UHGV virus genome: UHGV-1834291
Origin: a virus
DNA length: 17,593 nucleotides
Reading direction: 5' to 3' (one strand)
The notes below the pieces were generated by a model. That model was given only the letters and a program-made list of their open reading frames with translations, did not search any database and was not told the origin of the DNA. Each line of letters starts with the position of its first letter. Within the stretch, counting starts at the first letter, position 1. Positions 14,695-17,593 of this stretch are shown here, piece by piece. The position numbers and the translations under genes were made by a program.

Positions 14695-15471
14695 ATGAAC
14701 AAGATTGACTATCAGGCACTGCGTGCCAAGGCAGAAAAAGCAACGTGTGGTGAGTGGTCGCTCGAATATGGAGATGGCCGATTTGATGGTGATGATGCAC
14801 TAATTCATCGTGAAGTTGCTGGATATATTCCCATTTGCAGAATTGAAGGAGCGCATCCAGAAAGCGGTTTCGATGAAGATTTCCAAATGGAACAGCAGGC
14901 CAATGCTGAATTCATCGCCGCAGCCAATCCGGCTACCGTCTTGGCGCTGCTGGATGAGCTGGAAAGAAAACAGCAATACATCAAACGCCGCGACCAGGAG
15001 AACGAGGATATTGCGCTAACAGTAGGGAAACTGCGTGTTGAGCTTGAAACAGCAAAATCAAAACTCAACGAGCAGCGTGAATATTACGAGGGAGTAATCG
15101 TGGATGTGAGTAAGCGCATAGCAGAACTGGAAGCCGAACCTGTAAGCCAGGCTTACAAGTTGAACGCGCTGGCTGGCAACTCTCCGGTAACTCCAGATGG
15201 TTGGATAAGCTGTAGTGAGCGAATGCCTGTAATTGGCGAGCTAAATTGGAGAACTAGTTTTCCTTTACTGGTTACGTGTGAGATCGGCGTTATACCTGCT
15301 TATTACGGCTTTGTGAGAGTTAATGGGAATAAGCATTATGGTTTTATGGAGAGTCTTAAATATGGAGATGGTAGCGGCAACCATCCTCAAACTAATGAAT
15401 ATGACCTGATTAGCAATGTCACACACTGGATGCCTCTACCAGAACCGCCTCAGGAGGTTAACCGTGGCTAA
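14695..15471 (+). CDS. Phage protein with coiled-coil N-region and C-terminal DUF551-like domain (Ead/Ea22-like architecture)
   Basis: 258 aa; central heptad-rich segment; C-terminal DGWISCSERMPV...THWMPLPEPP resembles the DUF551 hallmark as I recall it; ATG 14695 one nt after previous stop. Confidence 0.65.
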   Translation: MNKIDYQALRAKAEKATCGEWSLEYGDGRFDGDDALIHREVAGYIPICRIEGAHPESGFDEDFQMEQQANAEFIAAANPATVLALLDELERKQQYIKRRDQENEDIALTVGKLRVELETAKSKLNEQREYYEGVIVDVSKRIAELEAEPVSQAYKLNALAGNSPVTPDGWISCSERMPVIGELNWRTSFPLLVTCEIGVIPAYYGFVRVNGNKHYGFMESLKYGDGSGNHPQTNEYDLISNVTHWMPLPEPPQEVNRG

Positions 15472-15748
15472 TCTGCAACTTGCCGTTAAAGGTGAATACT
15501 TCGATGCCATGATTCGCGGAGAGAAAACGGAAGAGTATCGCCTGTTTAATGACTACTGGAATAAGCGCCTCGTTAACCGTAAGTATGACCGCCTGATTAT
15601 CACAAAGGGATATCCGAAGCGCGACGATTCCAGCCGCAGAATTGATGTTCCGTATGACGGCTATGAAATAAAGACAATCACACATCCCCACTTCGGCGAT
15701 AAACCGGTAAAGGTGTACGCGATAAAGGTGAATATCGGCAATGAATAA
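15464..15748 (+). CDS. ASCH-like domain protein, 94 aa
   Basis: GTG 15464 with RBS AGGAGG 6 nt upstream, overlapping previous gene end; GEKTEEYR fits the ASCH GxKxxExR signature. Confidence 0.55.
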   Translation: MANLQLAVKGEYFDAMIRGEKTEEYRLFNDYWNKRLVNRKYDRLIITKGYPKRDDSSRRIDVPYDGYEIKTITHPHFGDKPVKVYAIKVNIGNE

Positions 15749-15782
15749 CAATCCTCGCACTCGCGGGAATTTCTTTTATCTG

Positions 15783-15807
15783 AACTCGCTACGGCGAGTT
15801 TTGTTTT
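15783..15807 (+). terminator. Intrinsic terminator after the ASCH-like gene
   Basis: aactcgc / gcgagtt 7-bp stem with tacg loop, followed by ttgtttt. Confidence 0.65.
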
Positions 15808-15820
15808 ATGGAGACAAGAA

Positions 15821-16165
15821 ATGTCAGATTTGGCTATGAAGGTTTTGAAATGGCAATCGACTGGCGATGTCGGCATCAGTAGCGCAACTCTTGCCTCAAT
15901 CGCATGTGGACTGAAAAAGAATATCTATGGTCATCACTTCGGCGCTCCACATGACGCAGCCGATTTCCGGCGATGCGTTGCACTTGTTGAGCAGATTCCA
16001 GAAATCAGAGATTCATTCGACAAGGTTGCAAAGCGCGTTCCGGCATTCAAAGGAATCCTCAACGAATGGGATTCACTCGTTGCTCTGTTGAAGTCTGAAA
16101 TGAAGATACACGGAAACAAAGCACCAGAGACTTACAGAAGAATTAGCGAGCTACGCAAGGACTAA
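15821..16165 (+). CDS. Hypothetical protein, 114 aa
   Basis: ATG 15821 with RBS GGAGA; MSDLAMKVLKWQSTGDVGISSATLASIACGLKKNIYGHHFGAPHDAADFRRC...; bracketed by terminator-like hairpins. Confidence 0.55.
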   Translation: MSDLAMKVLKWQSTGDVGISSATLASIACGLKKNIYGHHFGAPHDAADFRRCVALVEQIPEIRDSFDKVAKRVPAFKGILNEWDSLVALLKSEMKIHGNKAPETYRRISELRKD

Positions 16166-16166
16166 C

Positions 16167-16228
16167 GCCTCACACTCGATGAGGCCTGTACATATCTGAT
16201 AGATCCGCTATATGGCGGTTTCTTTTTG
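16167..16228 (+). terminator. Terminator-like region after the 114-aa gene (two hairpins, second followed by a U-tract)
   Basis: gcctca/tgaggc 6-bp stem (16167-16185) without U-tract; then ccgc/gcgg short stem (16205-16218) followed by tttcttttt. Confidence 0.4.
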
Positions 16229-16242
16229 CCTGGAGAATTAAG

Positions 16243-16434
16243 ATGACCGATACCAGCCTGATTCCTGAGAAAGAAGTGATGAACAAGCTCGGTGTTTCAT
16301 CACGTCAGACAATCTGGAACTATACCAAACGGCACGGATTTCCGAAGCCAGTCAGAACCCACCCCAAATCATACCTTCGTGAAGCTGTTGAGGGGTGGAT
16401 TCTTAACGGTGGCGTTAATCAGAAATGCTCCTGA
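16243..16434 (+). CDS. xis: Excisionase-like small DNA-binding protein (Xis)
   Basis: 63 aa, basic, adjacent to integrase; RBS GGAGA 6 nt upstream; 3' end overlaps the convergent int 3' end by 20 bp. Confidence 0.65.
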   Translation: MTDTSLIPEKEVMNKLGVSSRQTIWNYTKRHGFPKPVRTHPKSYLREAVEGWILNGGVNQKCS

Positions 16435-17593
16435 TGTGCCAGAACAATTTATCAGCGTGAAGCTCATACGCTTTGCGCTGAGCCTCTATCCAGTCGTGTT
16501 TATTGTATACGGACATTATCCCGCCAAGTTCATGACCGAGCATTCGCTCAGTAACATGAGGCTCGACATTCATCTCGGACAGACGTGTAACAAGCGTTCT
16601 TCTGAAATCATGTGTTCGCCAGTAACCTAGATCCATCCCTCCCCTTATTCTATTTACGAATCGGTTGGCTGCAGCGATGCTGATCGGTTTGTTTATGTCT
16701 TCTCCAGGGAAAAGAACATCATTGTACGTTGTCATGGCCTTTTCGAGAAAAGGCTTAATTTGTTCGAAGATTGGACGACGGATAACATTACCCATCTTGC
16801 TATGCTCTTTCGGTACGGTCCATACGTTGTCCAGCAGGTCAAATTCTGTCTTTGTTGCCAGCCTAAGCTCTGAGAGCCTCGCCCCCCACAGCATAAGCAT
16901 CTGATGAAGGAGCTTATTTGACGTAGACGCACGGCTTCTTTCAATAGCAAGCCAAATCTTAGCCAGTTCGTGATACGACAGTACCCGATCCCCTACCTCA
17001 GCGCGGGAGCCGAAGTCCCTTGGCTGGATGCTCATAATTGCGCAACTATCTATCAACTGACGCCGCATGCACCAACTAATTGCTGATCTTAGTTGACTTA
17101 GCACCTGCCTTGCTCGGCGTGGATTATCTTTTTCTTCTTCGGTAAGCAGGTCAACCCATTGCTTAACCGTGATAGAAGATGCCGGACGATTAGGGAAGGC
17201 GTCATGCATGCGCTTCATAACCGTTGATCGGTAAAGTGCCTGGGTCTTTTCTCTGAGAGTTGTAGAGACGTAGTTGTCGAACCAGTAGTCGAGACACTGG
17301 GCGACCGTCATGGAGTTCTCCACCTTCTCTTCAAAATAAGTGCGTGGATCCGTTCCTGAGAAATAGAGCTTTCGCAAGTCAGCAGTGATCTGTCTGGCAT
17401 CCTTCAAAGACAGGGATGGGTATCGACCAAGCCCAAGTCGATTAGGCTTGCCATGCCAGCGATAGCGGTACTGGAACTGGATGACCCCCTTCGGTGAAAT
17501 TCGTACGCTGAGGCCATCAGCATCAGCCACTTCTTGTGGGCCCGAATATGGTTTACCATAAATAGTACGCAGTTTTGTGTCGCTTATAGCCAT
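16415..17593 (-). CDS. int: Tyrosine site-specific integrase (P4-type architecture)
   Basis: 392 aa; catalytic-domain motifs GARLSELRLATKTEFD (Arg box), THDFRRT (H-x-x-R) and LGHELGGIMSVYNKHDW (catalytic Tyr); start codon is the last three bases of the window. Confidence 0.95.
   Translation of the reverse strand: MAISDTKLRTIYGKPYSGPQEVADADGLSVRISPKGVIQFQYRYRWHGKPNRLGLGRYPSLSLKDARQITADLRKLYFSGTDPRTYFEEKVENSMTVAQCLDYWFDNYVSTTLREKTQALYRSTVMKRMHDAFPNRPASSITVKQWVDLLTEEEKDNPRRARQVLSQLRSAISWCMRRQLIDSCAIMSIQPRDFGSRAEVGDRVLSYHELAKIWLAIERSRASTSNKLLHQMLMLWGARLSELRLATKTEFDLLDNVWTVPKEHSKMGNVIRRPIFEQIKPFLEKAMTTYNDVLFPGEDINKPISIAAANRFVNRIRGGMDLGYWRTHDFRRTLVTRLSEMNVEPHVTERMLGHELGGIMSVYNKHDWIEAQRKAYELHADKLFWHIRSISD

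Noticed and set aside
14349-15068. Minus-strand ORFs (93 and 87 aa) and 69-aa plus ORF in the ea-like region
   Set aside because: Antisense or alternative-frame ORFs within coupled plus-strand genes.
15458-16119. Minus-strand ORFs (100, 71 and 61 aa)
   Set aside because: Antisense to the ASCH-like and 114-aa genes; they run through the terminator hairpins.
16292-16950. Plus-strand ORFs (112 and 79 aa) and 72-aa minus ORF overlapping int
   Set aside because: Out-of-frame with or antisense to the integrase catalytic domain; no RBS.
1-17593. CRISPR arrays, rRNA genes, IS elements or transposase genes
   Set aside because: No regularly spaced direct repeats with unique spacers, no rRNA-like conserved blocks and no transposase-like ORF or terminal inverted repeats seen; the only repeat arrays are the ori iterons and the operators.

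Overview
This 17.6 kb window is the early/regulatory half of a mosaic lambdoid prophage of an enterobacterium, shown in reverse of the usual lambda map. Reading from position 1: lysis cassette (Rz fragment, R endolysin, S holin, minus strand); late-control module (short terminator, Q-type antiterminator); a nin region (PPase NinI, NinH, NinG, NinF, a NinX-position ORF, NinE, a Dam-like methyltransferase, NinB); a replication module (DnaB-like helicase, O-like initiator with iterons inside the gene); then cII, nutR, cro, OR, cI, a small membrane-protein gene, OL/PL, nutL and N. Downstream of N on the plus strand is a long PL-type operon: small ORFs, ral, a terminator-bracketed 207-aa gene, a 322-aa E/R/K-rich protein, cIII, kil, Erf, an SSB-like protein, several unknown ORFs, a DUF551-type protein, an ASCH-like protein and xis, ending in a convergent tyrosine integrase at the window edge. 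I found no rRNA, tRNA, CRISPR array or IS element. All protein identities come from reading the translations and recalling lambda/P22 protein sequences; no database search was possible, so family names for the less familiar ORFs are provisional. I cannot name a definitive new system. The best candidates are the lysogen-expressed membrane protein immediately after cI (the rexAB-equivalent slot), the terminator-bracketed 207-aa gene after ral (the sieB-equivalent slot), and the unknown ORFs between ssb and xis. These are candidates only.
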